Source: a virus
Lineage: Duplodnaviria; Caudoviricetes
Virus record (IMG/VR): IMGVR_UViG_3300014656_000042
Location: 1-47,829 of that record
Strand: one strand, 5' to 3'
Length of the DNA: 47,829 nucleotides
Shown here: in pieces, positions 37,493 to 46,200 of the stretch
Position numbering within the stretch: position 1 is the stretch's first letter
How the letters are laid out: the number at the start of each line of letters is the position of its first letter
The notes under the pieces: generated by a model
The model's database searches: none
What the model was told of the DNA's origin: nothing
What the model saw: only the letters and a program-made list of their open reading frames with translations
Program-made: the position numbers and the translations under genes

Positions 37493-37857
37493 AGTACGGA
37501 GATCAGCCATGTTGTTATCATGAGGCATCGCAGGAGTTGATTGAAAGTGTCACCGGAGGCTGTGGCCCTGGAGGTTTTGGGGATTACTTTGTCCCTGATA
37601 CAGTATGGTTTTTGAGCATTAAAGAGGCTTGTAAAAGACATGACTGGATGTATGCCTTTGGCTTGACAATAGAAGATAAGGAATTATCTGATAGAGTTTT
37701 TTTAAATAACATGATAAGAATTATTGATGCCTATACCAAATGGGGCTGGTTGAAAAGGCTCCGTAGAAAAAGGGCAAAGACTTATTATAATTTTGTAAAG
37801 TATGCTGGCGGCCCATCTTTTTGGCATGATAAGAACCAGGATGCTGAGATGGGCTAA
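37450..37857 (+). CDS. phospholipase A2-like/DUF1353-like protein
   Basis: GGCGPGG, ACKRHDWMY and D.VFL.NM. Confidence 0.6.
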   Translation: MERPLEKVKLFAPLEYGDQPCCYHEASQELIESVTGGCGPGGFGDYFVPDTVWFLSIKEACKRHDWMYAFGLTIEDKELSDRVFLNNMIRIIDAYTKWGWLKRLRRKRAKTYYNFVKYAGGPSFWHDKNQDAEMG

Positions 37858-37920
37858 GGGGCGTGCCGCTAACCCTGCGGCCAGGGGCCAACCCTGTCGG
37901 GATGGACTTCATCGCCCCAG

Positions 37921-38064
37921 TCAAATGATCATTGCAGCAGCACTACCTGTTACGACACCAACAACCCAATAAAATACAGGGGACTTAATGCCTTTACAAA
38001 CGTCTAAATAAAAATTCACTACCCCAGAACAAAGAATAATTAATATTGCGATTAATAGTCTCAT
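37921..38064 (-). CDS. small 2-TM protein (47 aa)
   Basis: G-rich RBS; MRLLIAILIIL...VFYWVVGVVTGSAAAMII. Confidence 0.5.
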   Translation of the reverse strand: MRLLIAILIILCSGVVNFYLDVCKGIKSPVFYWVVGVVTGSAAAMII

Positions 38065-38079
38065 TTTACCCCCCCCCCT

Positions 38080-38985
38080 TTAGAAAGCCGTGCTATCTTC
38101 CTTAATCTTAACCAATTCCTGTAATTGCTCAAAGAATTTCACTTGAGTTTTCCTGTCCGTGATCTCATTGGCGTGTTCAAAACCGAGAGTTCCGAGCGTC
38201 CCATAATATTGTGGATCGTTATCCAGTTGCTTTTTGAGGTCTCTTACCGTTTTCAGGAACTCAAAATTGGTTGTTTTCTTGTCTGACTTTTTTGATTCCG
38301 GTTCCGGTTCTTTTGTTTTCGGCTCCTCTACGATAACTTTCTCTGACTCCTTTCCCAATATTTCAGGAGGCAAGTCCTCAACATCCTGAGTAAAAATATC
38401 TGAGGCGGCGGTAACAGTCAGTACGGCATCCACAAAAGCTCTCTTTTTTGCCATTTTTTTGACTGTATTATAATAATCAGCCGGATTATCATACTCAACT
38501 TGTTCAAATATCAGCCATCTTTTATCTTTCTTTTTGGCTTTAAATTGTCTTCCACCTAATATATCCGAGTCTCTTGAGTCCCAGTATTCTTGAGGGACAG
38601 GTTTTCCGGTATTTTCTGACCGATAACGGTATTTGGCCTCAAGGGTATTACAGTTGCCTGTTCCAGAACCGAGAAAAACCCCCGTATTTATCGAATAAAG
38701 ATCACATTCAACCTCATATTCCCTGTGCCCGTTCGGTGACATTACCCTCTCAATCCGATATTTAGGAGCAATACGGAAAAGCATACTTAGTTTTTCGGCC
38801 CCTGATTTTAAAAGAGATGGCTTATTTGTTCCAGGAATTACCCCGAAATGTTCACCTTCCTTCATGGCTTTACTCATTGCACTTTGGATAAGTGCCACTT
38901 GATGTAATAGAGCATCTACACTCATAGCACCCTCTTCAATTTTAACGCCGTTTTGTGATACAACTTCCAATGCCCGTGTTTCCAT
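38080..38985 (-). CDS. putative ssDNA-annealing/recombination protein
   Basis: HFGVIPGTNKPSLLKSGAEKL, NTVKKMAKKRAFVDAVL and IFTQDVED; start set to ATG 38985. Confidence 0.7.
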   Translation of the reverse strand: METRALEVVSQNGVKIEEGAMSVDALLHQVALIQSAMSKAMKEGEHFGVIPGTNKPSLLKSGAEKLSMLFRIAPKYRIERVMSPNGHREYEVECDLYSINTGVFLGSGTGNCNTLEAKYRYRSENTGKPVPQEYWDSRDSDILGGRQFKAKKKDKRWLIFEQVEYDNPADYYNTVKKMAKKRAFVDAVLTVTAASDIFTQDVEDLPPEILGKESEKVIVEEPKTKEPEPESKKSDKKTTNFEFLKTVRDLKKQLDNDPQYYGTLGTLGFEHANEITDRKTQVKFFEQLQELVKIKEDSTAF

Positions 38986-39004
38986 AATTATCCCCCCTTT
39001 AATA

Positions 39005-39217
39005 TTAAATAAATCTTCCCCCAGGATATTCAGCGCATACTCCTGATTTTCTATGTTTATAATATACGCCGTCATTACATTTTCTACATTCACGAGGATA
39101 GTCGCCTCCCCATTCAATCCCTGCGCAACAACCACAGTCAACCTCGTCCCATCCAGGATATTCCTGGCATTGTTTTGGTGGCCTATATATAATTTTTTCT
39201 CCATTCCAATAAGCCAT
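39005..39217 (-). CDS. small Cys-rich hypothetical protein
   Basis: DCGCCAG...ECRKCN; AAGGGG RBS. Confidence 0.65.
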   Translation of the reverse strand: MAYWNGEKIIYRPPKQCQEYPGWDEVDCGCCAGIEWGGDYPRECRKCNDGVYYKHRKSGVCAEYPGGRFI

Positions 39218-39232
39218 GATTATCCCCCTTTA

Positions 39233-40123
39233 TTAAAGTTTCTGACACGCCTCAAATACTTCACAATATTGATCAGTACACCTTCGGCCTTTCCACGATT
39301 CCCCGGCATTACATTTCTGGGCTGTCCCATCCTTGAACGCCTGATCCGTTTCTGCCTTTAAAATATCATAAAAATCTAACACTGCACTATCTGGCAACCT
39401 TTTGACCGGAATTACATACAGGTTTTTATCTATCCCCCTGCCCTTGGCTATGTATGTCCCACCATCCCGAGATACAATTTGAATCTGCATTTTGCTAATT
39501 GGAAAACCTTTGCCCTCGAAGAAAATCCTATACCGATTCAACTGTAATTCTTCATTTACCATATCAATCTTACTAAGATTTTGGGATATAACGGTCACTT
39601 GTTTTGTTTTGGGCTGGCCTTGATTCTTCCCTGATCTTAGAAGAACCAGATTCCCATCAGCATCTAAGATAGGCTCATCGACCTTTTCAGACGTAATCCC
39701 CATAGCCTTAGCGACTTTGAAAGATCCCCACGTTTTGTAATCGGATAAAATGTATGATCCATCGATATATTCATCTTCCTCTAATAAATCCGCAATTCCC
39801 GACATTTGACTGTCGGCCAGCTTTTCTTCTGCCAAAACATTAAAATCATGGATAGACAGTTTATCGTGCGTAGAAGTTCCAAATACGGCCCACACTCGAT
39901 TGTTTGGGTTTATTGCATAGTCGGTTGTGGCCTTAAGATATAACAGCCTGGGGCCATTCCCGGCAGATGAAGGGGATACTCCACGCCATTCCCGATCAAA
40001 CCCCATGAGTCGCAAGGTGGGCAGGGTAGCGCATCGGTCCTGCAATCGGCAACCTCGCTTTTCTAAGCATTTGGCGATTTCTATCTTTTCATCATCAGGG
40101 CACACGAAATATTTTGCTGGCAT
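39233..40123 (-). CDS. Cas4-like PD-(D/E)XK exonuclease
   Basis: GTSTH, GIADLL..LSDYKT, QLNRY and C-terminal Cys cluster C..YC....C. Confidence 0.75.
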   Translation of the reverse strand: MPAKYFVCPDDEKIEIAKCLEKRGCRLQDRCATLPTLRLMGFDREWRGVSPSSAGNGPRLLYLKATTDYAINPNNRVWAVFGTSTHDKLSIHDFNVLAEEKLADSQMSGIADLLEEDEYIDGSYILSDYKTWGSFKVAKAMGITSEKVDEPILDADGNLVLLRSGKNQGQPKTKQVTVISQNLSKIDMVNEELQLNRYRIFFEGKGFPISKMQIQIVSRDGGTYIAKGRGIDKNLYVIPVKRLPDSAVLDFYDILKAETDQAFKDGTAQKCNAGESWKGRRCTDQYCEVFEACQKL

Positions 40124-40126
40124 GAT

Positions 40127-41482
40127 TTATTTCTCCTTTTGGATTTCCCCTGCCTGAATATAATAAGTCCCCTCTGGAATGTCTTGAGGCTTTTCATCAA
40201 CTACTTTTGTGATGATTGCCTGCATGTCGTTTTCCTTTGCCCATTTTTTTAATTCTGTAAATCGTTTTTGGCCGAACGATTCACCCCGGTCAATAAAAAC
40301 TGCTCTCAACTTTGGGTTCATTGACAGACATAAGGCAGCAGAAAGTCGAATGCCCTGGCTGTCACTCCAGTTTTCAGAATATATTCCATCGTAGTAAAGG
40401 CCGTCTTCCCTGACTTCTAATCCTGAAACGCCTGTATCCGCTTTTTGAAGGATGTCTTTCTTAGAAGTCTTTAGTTCCGTGAGTTTGTCCGTAAAGGTTG
40501 AGTATTCAGACCTCTTTTCTTCAAGAGCTTTCTTTTTCTTGAGGTACTCTTGGTATTCAAACGCTTGCAGATTTGTTTCTTCGGCCTTTTGGATTTGCAG
40601 TTTTAATGGTTCCGTGGCCATTAAATCAATGAGTGGTAAAGGCAAGTTTGTTTCTTTTTCTGGCTTTGGCACAGGTAGATTTTTTTGTTTTTCTATTAAG
40701 GCATCCTTCGTTGCCTTGGTTGTAATTATATGTTGTTTTAACTCCTCAAGTTCTTGATATAACACCGCCAGATTGCTTTCTTTATTTTCAATATCAGCTT
40801 TCATGCTTGCAATATCATGGGATCTCTGGCGTTGCACGGCATTAAACTCATGGGCCTTTGTTACCTTTGCGTCTCTTTCTATACGGGCCTTTTTTACAAC
40901 CTCGTCGTTTTCTTTTTCTATCTGTTCTTTTTGGGAAATCAGCGCATTGATATCAATAGGCTGTGTTTCTTCAACTTTAGCAACCTCACCAAGAGCTTTC
41001 CCCTCCCGGCCACATATCAACCGATCCATTTCAAGAGACTTGATCTCTTCGTCTATCTTCCCTGTGTCCAGGGAAAGGAAGTCCATCATAAATCTTAATT
41101 TCTGGTCTCCTGTTTTATTCAAAAACGGAAATGGGTCGAAAGTAAGATCATTGATAAGTTGGTCTAAGAACGCCTGTGGTTTTTGGGCAAATTTAAAACC
41201 CTCTTTATTTATAATCTCAAGCCGGTCTGTTTTTAAAGTCTTTATTCGTTTAACCACATAATCATCGAGATCGATTTCTGCGGTCATTTTATCTTTTCCA
41301 TGTTGTATAATTTCCTCATTAATAGTTGTTTTTCCACGGAAAAGATATTCAATAACATCCAATACGGATGTTTTCCCCTGCTCATTATCTCCCAAGATAA
41401 CAGTGGTTCCATCGCTGTTAAACTTAATTTCAACAGCTTTTAATAAACGAAATCCATCGGCTTTCAGTCCTATTAATTTCAT
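40127..41482 (-). CDS. SMC/SbcC-like AAA ATPase
   Basis: Walker A GDNEQGKT, long coiled coil, SDSQ signature-like motif, VFIDRGE Walker B. Confidence 0.85.
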   Translation of the reverse strand: MKLIGLKADGFRLLKAVEIKFNSDGTTVILGDNEQGKTSVLDVIEYLFRGKTTINEEIIQHGKDKMTAEIDLDDYVVKRIKTLKTDRLEIINKEGFKFAQKPQAFLDQLINDLTFDPFPFLNKTGDQKLRFMMDFLSLDTGKIDEEIKSLEMDRLICGREGKALGEVAKVEETQPIDINALISQKEQIEKENDEVVKKARIERDAKVTKAHEFNAVQRQRSHDIASMKADIENKESNLAVLYQELEELKQHIITTKATKDALIEKQKNLPVPKPEKETNLPLPLIDLMATEPLKLQIQKAEETNLQAFEYQEYLKKKKALEEKRSEYSTFTDKLTELKTSKKDILQKADTGVSGLEVREDGLYYDGIYSENWSDSQGIRLSAALCLSMNPKLRAVFIDRGESFGQKRFTELKKWAKENDMQAIITKVVDEKPQDIPEGTYYIQAGEIQKEK

Positions 41483-41607
41483 GTCCCCCCCCTTTCTTTT
41501 ATGTCCCTAAAATTAATGTCACCTTTAATTTGCCATAACAAACTGGACACGGCACACTTATAGCAGTATTTTCTGAATATCTGGCAACCCAAACTTTATC
41601 GCCAATT

Positions 41608-41793
41608 TTAAACCTTTCCATTAGCTACCACCTCCTCCACTTTGATCTTAATCCGCTTGCCATCATACCTTTTTAAGGCATCTAATAGCTTTTTCTGATC
41701 TTTCAGATAAATATATCCTTGTTTTGTAAACCGGATTGGAATAATCTCTTTTATTTGATTGTACCAAAGTAATGACTTAATTATGATCTTCAT
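41608..41793 (-). CDS. hypothetical protein
   Basis: 61-aa ORF coupled to the upstream gene by ATGA. Confidence 0.55.
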   Translation of the reverse strand: MKIIIKSLLWYNQIKEIIPIRFTKQGYIYLKDQKKLLDALKRYDGKRIKIKVEEVVANGKV

Positions 41794-41999
41794 GATGTCA
41801 CCTCCTTTTTAGTAGCACATTTATTGATGTGTGCCTTCGCCTTTTCATACTCCCAGACCTCTAATAACCTATTGCAAACTGGGCAATGCTTTGGAAGCGG
41901 TTTAATATGAGAAAAACTCCCCATATATTCTTGTTTAAAATATTCATCCGCCCTATCTAAAGAAGGGTGACATTTTATCAAATCATCATAAAGGCTCAT
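41790..41999 (-). CDS. hypothetical protein (CxxC...HxxxC)
   Basis: 69-aa ORF with AGGAG RBS. Confidence 0.6.
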   Translation of the reverse strand: MSLYDDLIKCHPSLDRADEYFKQEYMGSFSHIKPLPKHCPVCNRLLEVWEYEKAKAHINKCATKKEVTS

Positions 42000-42265
42000 G
42001 GTATTTCTCCTAAAGTATATGAAAGTTTTGGTTGGCTAAATTTAATTTCAGGAATCGCAATCTCTTTTATAGAGCTTGCTTCAATATCAATCTCAAATAA
42101 TTGGTATTTCTTATGATCTGGCTCAACCACAAAACTTGGAGATCTGTCGTTATAAATGTAAATCGCTGCTTGTTCAGGAGAACTCATAATTTTAACATTT
42201 GGGCTGTTTTGATAACCCCCACCAAAAGACCACGTTACAGTTATTATTAAAATTAATATTTTCAT
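41996..42265 (-). CDS. hypothetical exported protein
   Basis: 89-aa ORF with AGGAG RBS and hydrophobic N-terminus. Confidence 0.6.
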   Translation of the reverse strand: MKILILIITVTWSFGGGYQNSPNVKIMSSPEQAAIYIYNDRSPSFVVEPDHKKYQLFEIDIEASSIKEIAIPEIKFSQPKLSYTLGEIP

Positions 42266-42291
42266 TTTAATCTCCTTTCTTTGAATACGAA

Positions 42292-42339
42292 GGCCAACGC
42301 GGAGGTGAGCGGTTTATCCGCTCCACCTCTTTGTTAACC
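42292..42339 (-). other. attC-like site 4 (48 nt)
   Basis: GGTTAAC-AAAGA-GGT(G)GAGCGG-ATAAA-CCGCTCACC-TCCGC-GTTGGCC. Confidence 0.85.
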
Positions 42340-42468
42340 CATAAGATAGCATTTTAAAAAACCAAGTCCCCCAACAAACCAACCCATTAAAGCTACCCAG
42401 TTTCGATTTAAAATAGCAAAGACAATATTTACAACAGCCAGTATTACTACCAATAAATCTAATGTCAT
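42334..42468 (-). CDS. small 2-TM protein (44 aa, cassette ORF)
   Basis: AGGAG RBS; MTLDLLVVILAVV...; stop in R''. Confidence 0.65.
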   Translation of the reverse strand: MTLDLLVVILAVVNIVFAILNRNWVALMGWFVGGLGFLKCYLMG

Positions 42469-42491
42469 AAGAATTTCTCCTTTTTAAAAAG

Positions 42492-42549
42492 GGTTAACGT
42501 AAAGATCAAGAGCACCCGTTAGAGTGACTCTTGAATCTTTTGGTTGTGC
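42492..42549 (-). other. attC-like site 5
   Basis: GCACAAC-CAAAA-GAT(T)CAAGAG(T)CAC...GTGCTCTTGATC-TTTAC-GTTAACC. Confidence 0.85.
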
Positions 42550-42683
42550 TCTTTACAATAGGTTGCCCAGATCTCAGTCGTATAAGCAGAATCAGGCAAA
42601 ATCATATAATGGGTCGCCTTACCACTATCTAAATCTTCGTAGCTAATAAATCTGCCACACTCATCACATCTAAAATAGTTCAT
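42519..42683 (-). CDS. small Zn-finger protein (54 aa, cassette ORF)
   Basis: MNYFRCDECG...YCKEH; GGAGG RBS. Confidence 0.65.
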   Translation of the reverse strand: MNYFRCDECGRFISYEDLDSGKATHYMILPDSAYTTEIWATYCKEHNQKIQESL

Positions 42684-42700
42684 TTTGTTTCCCTCCAAAA

Positions 42701-42827
42701 GCATATCGATTCCATCAGCGGCGGGATAATAGTTGCATGATATCTGAAATTGACGCTCCATTATTAACCTGCTCATGAATTTCAATGGCAAAGCTTTCAG
42801 CCCGTCCGCTGGATTGGCGGGTTAGGT
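42701..42827 (-). other. attC-like site 6 (127 nt, degenerate R')
   Basis: ACCTAAC...AT(C)CAGCGG(A)CGGG-long loop-CCCGCCGCTGAT...GATATGC. Confidence 0.7.
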
Positions 42828-42972
42828 ATTTGTTTAGCTCAGATATAATCAGTGGTATTTCACGCTCTCTGTCTTTTATTGAAATGGATGCCCATTGATA
42901 CCCGTTGTGTGTAATAGACAAATACAATTCCCCATGATCAACCTTGCATTTCACATCATAATTTTTATTCAT
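42715..42972 (-). CDS. hypothetical protein (cassette ORF)
   Basis: 85-aa ORF (LSITHNGYQW); the C-terminus reads through the attC. Confidence 0.7.
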   Translation of the reverse strand: MNKNYDVKCKVDHGELYLSITHNGYQWASISIKDREREIPLIISELNKYLTRQSSGRAESFAIEIHEQVNNGASISDIMQLLSRR

Positions 42973-42977
42973 AAATC

Positions 42978-43000
42978 CCCTAACAGAGCAATAAGTGTAA
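42978..43000 (-). other. attI-like primary site (left array)
   Basis: TTACACTTATTGCTCTG|TTAGGG, 18/20 identical to the motif at 44314. Confidence 0.6.
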
Positions 43001-43066
43001 ACACTCCCACCCGATATGTGCAGGATGTCTCACCCACGACAGTGACCAGGGGGAGCGTGTTGGCTC

Positions 43067-43297
43067 CTATTGTTGTACCTCTTCATGAGTTGGTTGGTCA
43101 GTGGCGTCACAGGTATGATACAGGCTATTATATACCCTTTCCCATTCCTTAGGGTTAGCTAAATAATCCCCCAATGCTTTCCAAAGTTCTTCTCTTGTGG
43201 CGAAAACAAACCTCCCACATCCTACCTTTGCATAAAAACCTTTATTGTCAGATGGTTCGATTGTGATTTTGTGATTTATTGCCTTGCCAAATTCCAT
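43067..43297 (-). CDS. hypothetical protein
   Basis: 76-aa ORF with AGGAGG RBS. Confidence 0.7.
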   Translation of the reverse strand: MEFGKAINHKITIEPSDNKGFYAKVGCGRFVFATREELWKALGDYLANPKEWERVYNSLYHTCDATDQPTHEEVQQ

Positions 43298-43761
43298 TTT
43301 ATTTCCTCCTTAAATTAACCCCCGGCCCCTATGGCCGAGGGCTTCTTCCCAGATATAACTTAATTCACCCTTTCGATCTCCTTTCCGAATTTCATAAAAT
43401 GGTTTTACTGAAAAGTTGTATGAGCGGCTATCGATTAGGCTGTTAGTTGCATGGAAACACGGTTTATATTCCCTATCCGATTGAGCCTCTATTTTTATTA
43501 GATTAAGCTCGTATGGGAATCGGGATTTTAAAGTAACCGCCCTAAATGATTTTCCCGCATAAAATAAAACAATAAAAACAGTCCCAAATTAAGAGCCCAA
43601 ATAATGATTGCTTTCTTTGTGTCCCCATCTAAGCCACGTAATGCTTCTATTATTGCTTTTAACTTCTCCATTGCAATCTCATTGGTTTATTTTTAAACCG
43701 CCCTAAGCGTCCCACAGGCCAGGTTGGGCCGTTTACAGGGACGGCAAAAGGCAGTAAGGTT

Positions 43762-43992
43762 TTAGGTATTAGGGGACTTCGGTTTTTTATTTCCTTTAGT
43801 ATATGGCATCCAGTGTGTGACATCATCTGTTAAAAAACCTCCTCCCCCGATAAAAAGATGCTTTCCAAATATTTCATCTTTTGTGCCTTCCAAGCTGTGA
43901 TATGTCATGACAGATATACCCGTATGCACAAAATATGTCCATGTTTTTTGACCCTCGATTGGGACTTTATCTTCTATCTTTATCCATTTCAT
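43762..43992 (-). CDS. DUF551-like phage protein
   Basis: MKWIKIEDKVP...VTHWMP. Confidence 0.7.
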   Translation of the reverse strand: MKWIKIEDKVPIEGQKTWTYFVHTGISVMTYHSLEGTKDEIFGKHLFIGGGGFLTDDVTHWMPYTKGNKKPKSPNT

Positions 43993-44000
43993 TTTGACCT

Positions 44001-44090
44001 ATCATTACATATTTCAAAAACCTTGTCAAGGAAAAAAACAACGTAAAATATAAAAAAATAGTTGACAGGTCATTTTTGATGTGATAAAAT
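44001..44090. promoter_or_regulatory. divergent sigma70 promoter pair (switch region)
   Basis: Plus strand TTGACA(44062)-17-TAAAAT(44085); minus strand TTGACA at 44029 with a weaker -10. Confidence 0.6.
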
Positions 44091-44100
44091 GCCTTTCATT

Positions 44101-44313
44101 ATGGTAAAATTAAATAGAAAAAAGGTAAGGCAAATCCTTCGACAAAAAGGCTGGCCCGTCTCGGAGCTGGCCCGGCGATTGGGAACGAGCCGGTCTGGCG
44201 TTCATTTCACCCTAACCCGAGCCCCTAAGTACCAAAATCAAATCGGCCTGGTGAGGAGGTGGGCTGAGGCCCTGGGTGTGGAGGGGGCTGAAATTATGGA
44301 GATCGTAGAGTAA
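44101..44313 (+). CDS. Cro/XRE-like HTH regulator
   Basis: KGWPVSELARRLGTSRSGV...WAEALGV; probably a near-leaderless transcript. Confidence 0.75.
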   Translation: MVKLNRKKVRQILRQKGWPVSELARRLGTSRSGVHFTLTRAPKYQNQIGLVRRWAEALGVEGAEIMEIVE

Positions 44314-44336
44314 TTACACTTATTACCCTGTTATCT
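44314..44336 (+). other. attI-like primary site (right array)
   Basis: TTACACTTATTACCCTG|TTATCT directly after the cro stop; no upstream hairpin arm. Confidence 0.6.
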
Positions 44337-44350
44337 GCAAAGGAGATAAA

Positions 44351-44590
44351 ATGAATAATATTAAACAATTTCAAAAAGAATTGGAAGGATTAATCAATAA
44401 ATATTCTATCGAGAATATATGTGATGTCCCTGATTTTTTATTAGCTGAAATAATCACAAGCATAATTATTAATTCAGGGCCAACCATTAAAAAAGTGCTT
44501 GATTGGCATGGGTGTGATTCTGTTTGTCATCCACAGGTAGATAACAAGGCACTGAAGCGGAATGGCGATAAAGCGCCGCCATCCGTTTAG
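44351..44590 (+). CDS. hypothetical phage protein (cassette ORF)
   Basis: LINKYSIEN..DVPDFLLAE; AGGAG RBS. Confidence 0.75.
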   Translation: MNNIKQFQKELEGLINKYSIENICDVPDFLLAEIITSIIINSGPTIKKVLDWHGCDSVCHPQVDNKALKRNGDKAPPSV

Positions 44591-44604
44591 TTTTTTCGTT
44601 GTCT
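44539..44604 (+). other. attC-like site 7
   Basis: AGATAAC-AAGGC-ACT(G)AAGCGG(A)ATGGCG...CGCCATCCGTTTAGT-TTTTTC-GTTGTCT. Confidence 0.85.
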
Positions 44605-44620
44605 TCTTGGAGAAAAAAAT

Positions 44621-44860
44621 ATGGAACCTGTAGGATCATCAAGGCGTTATGAATGCTCTGAATGCCTAAAGGAGTATGAAACCAAGTCCGATGCGCTGGA
44701 ATGTTGTGAATTTTTCAAGGTTTCTGTGGTTTATGTCTGTGGCTGTGGTCGGAAATATAGCGACTATAATAGGAACGGTTGTCCATCTTGCCGAGCGTTG
44801 TGGGATGAGTACACAAAAATAATGACCGACAACAAGTCAATTCACGGGATAAACCCGTGA
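44621..44860 (+). CDS. small Zn-finger protein (cassette ORF)
   Basis: YECSEC..A.ECC, CGCG..CPSC; GGAG RBS. Confidence 0.7.
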   Translation: MEPVGSSRRYECSECLKEYETKSDALECCEFFKVSVVYVCGCGRKYSDYNRNGCPSCRALWDEYTKIMTDNKSIHGINP

Positions 44861-44874
44861 TTTCCACGTTATGC
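44827..44874 (+). other. attC-like site 8 (48 nt)
   Basis: CGACAAC-AAGTC-AAT(T)CACGGG-ATAAA-CCCGTGATT-TCCAC-GTTATGC. Confidence 0.85.
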
Positions 44875-45008
44875 ACTTTAAAAAAGGAGTATAGAGATGG
44901 AAATGGAAAAGGAACCATATAAAATTGTGACACGTCGAGCAGCGCAGACAAGATTTTTTCCTGACTGGTGGTATTTGTGGAAAGAATACTTGTTTATAAG
45001 CGAACGCA

Positions 45009-45221
45009 ATGACTCTTAAAACTACCATATGCATATCATTTATAATCCTGTTAGCCTCTGCCTGCTTCTGTGGGATTATGGCCTTTGACCAGATGCTTGC
45101 CCAGATGCAGTCAAGGCCGATGCCGCTTGTGATACATAATGCCCGGTACGTTGAGGTGATTAAAGGGGAGCTTTTTATTAAGCCGGCAGAAAAAGAGGTG
45201 GAAGTGGGGAAGAAGAAATGA
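45009..45221 (+). CDS. hypothetical membrane-anchored protein
   Basis: 70-aa ORF with an N-terminal TM. Confidence 0.55.
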   Translation: MTLKTTICISFIILLASACFCGIMAFDQMLAQMQSRPMPLVIHNARYVEVIKGELFIKPAEKEVEVGKKK

Positions 45222-45370
45222 CGCTTGAATTATTTAATTGCACAAATGTATTGCTCAGAGAAATTGCAATGGGGGAGGCGAAGCAACACGATATAGCTAT
45301 GACATACGCCCTGGCTTTGAGATCATCCGATCCTACCGATTGGAAGGCTATCAAGGAGGTAAAGACATGA
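45218..45370 (+). CDS. small hypothetical protein (50 aa)
   Basis: ATGA-coupled at both ends; MTLELFNCTNVLLREIA. Confidence 0.5.
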   Translation: MTLELFNCTNVLLREIAMGEAKQHDIAMTYALALRSSDPTDWKAIKEVKT

Positions 45371-45564
45371 AAGACTTTATTGATTCTATTGAAGAAGCAA
45401 AAAAGTTACAATCTAAAATAGCGGCGGCTTTAAATGCTATGAAATTTCACAAAGAAGATTATAACGAAAATGAGGTACTTTTCCGGCTGACCGCTATAAA
45501 GGATATGTTAATTATAGCTCATAATGATGCGTGTGCTCTTGTGAGGTTTTGGAGTGACGAATGA
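45367..45564 (+). CDS. hypothetical protein (65 aa)
   Basis: Start set to ATG 45367 after AGGAGG. Confidence 0.6.
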   Translation: MKDFIDSIEEAKKLQSKIAAALNAMKFHKEDYNENEVLFRLTAIKDMLIIAHNDACALVRFWSDE

Positions 45565-45944
45565 CGACTGACTGGAAACCCATAGCAGAGAAGATGAAAT
45601 ACCAGGACGGTAAGGGCGTTTTAGAAGACCTGTATGGCAAGCAGGAGCTGTCGTCTAATCTGGTGGCGGATAAGATCAAGGCTTTGGAAGGGGAGTATAT
45701 CACGGGTGTAACGGTTATAAGATACGCCCGGCGATGGGGCATTAAGATCAGGCCTAAGGGCGGGGTAAATAATGTAAGTGATGACCGGGAGAAGCTGTTG
45801 GCCTTAAAGGGCGGGACCAAAGATATGACGGCTAAAGAACTTGCAAAGGCGTGCGGGATGTCTTTAAATTGGGCATACAATCTTATACGGAAAATGGGGA
45901 TTGAGTTTAAAAGAAAATCTCGGATTAAGAAAAAGGAGGATTAA
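45561..45944 (+). CDS. HTH DNA-binding protein
   Basis: MTAKELAKACGMSLNWAYNLIRKMGI. Confidence 0.65.
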   Translation: MTTDWKPIAEKMKYQDGKGVLEDLYGKQELSSNLVADKIKALEGEYITGVTVIRYARRWGIKIRPKGGVNNVSDDREKLLALKGGTKDMTAKELAKACGMSLNWAYNLIRKMGIEFKRKSRIKKKED

Positions 45945-45945
45945 T

Positions 45946-46173
45946 ATGAAAATGCCCTTCGGAAAATACGGCCCTAACAAGTTTCCGCCTGCCGGAGTTG
46001 ATATTTGTTTTATTAATTCAGGCTATCTCAAATGGTTGTTGGAGCAGGACTGGTTTATCATGGAACGAGATGAGAGAGAAGCAATAGCTGTTCAAAAAGA
46101 ACTGGAAATGAGGGATATGGACAGCTCTCATTTTTACAAAGATAAGGTGTCTTTAAAGAACAAAAGCCAATAA
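45946..46173 (+). CDS. DUF3820-like protein
   Basis: MPFGKY...YLKWLL; AGGAGG RBS. Confidence 0.65.
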   Translation: MKMPFGKYGPNKFPPAGVDICFINSGYLKWLLEQDWFIMERDEREAIAVQKELEMRDMDSSHFYKDKVSLKNKSQ

Positions 46174-46200
46174 TAATACTTTAAAGAATAATGAAAGTCA

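Larger units (their letters stand above)
42292..43001 (-). mobile_element. integron-like cassette array B (attI-like site plus 3 cassettes)
   Basis: Three attC-like sites; cross pairing GTTAGGG/ACCTAAC, GATATGC/GCACAAC and GTTAACCC/GGGTTAAC. Confidence 0.8.

Noticed and set aside
5483-37924. Many short minus-strand and alternative-frame ORFs within the late module
   Set aside because: They are shadows of long + strand genes, with no RBS or recognisable motifs.
39233-40123. Cas4 as evidence of a CRISPR-Cas system
   Set aside because: There is no array and no other cas genes. Stand-alone Cas4-like exonucleases are common in phage recombination modules.
42978-43078. An eleventh attC (GTACAAC...GTTAGGG, minus strand)
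   Set aside because: An imperfect hairpin exists, but the L-box spacing does not fit. The match to the 44314 motif supports an attI-like reading, though attC is not fully excluded.
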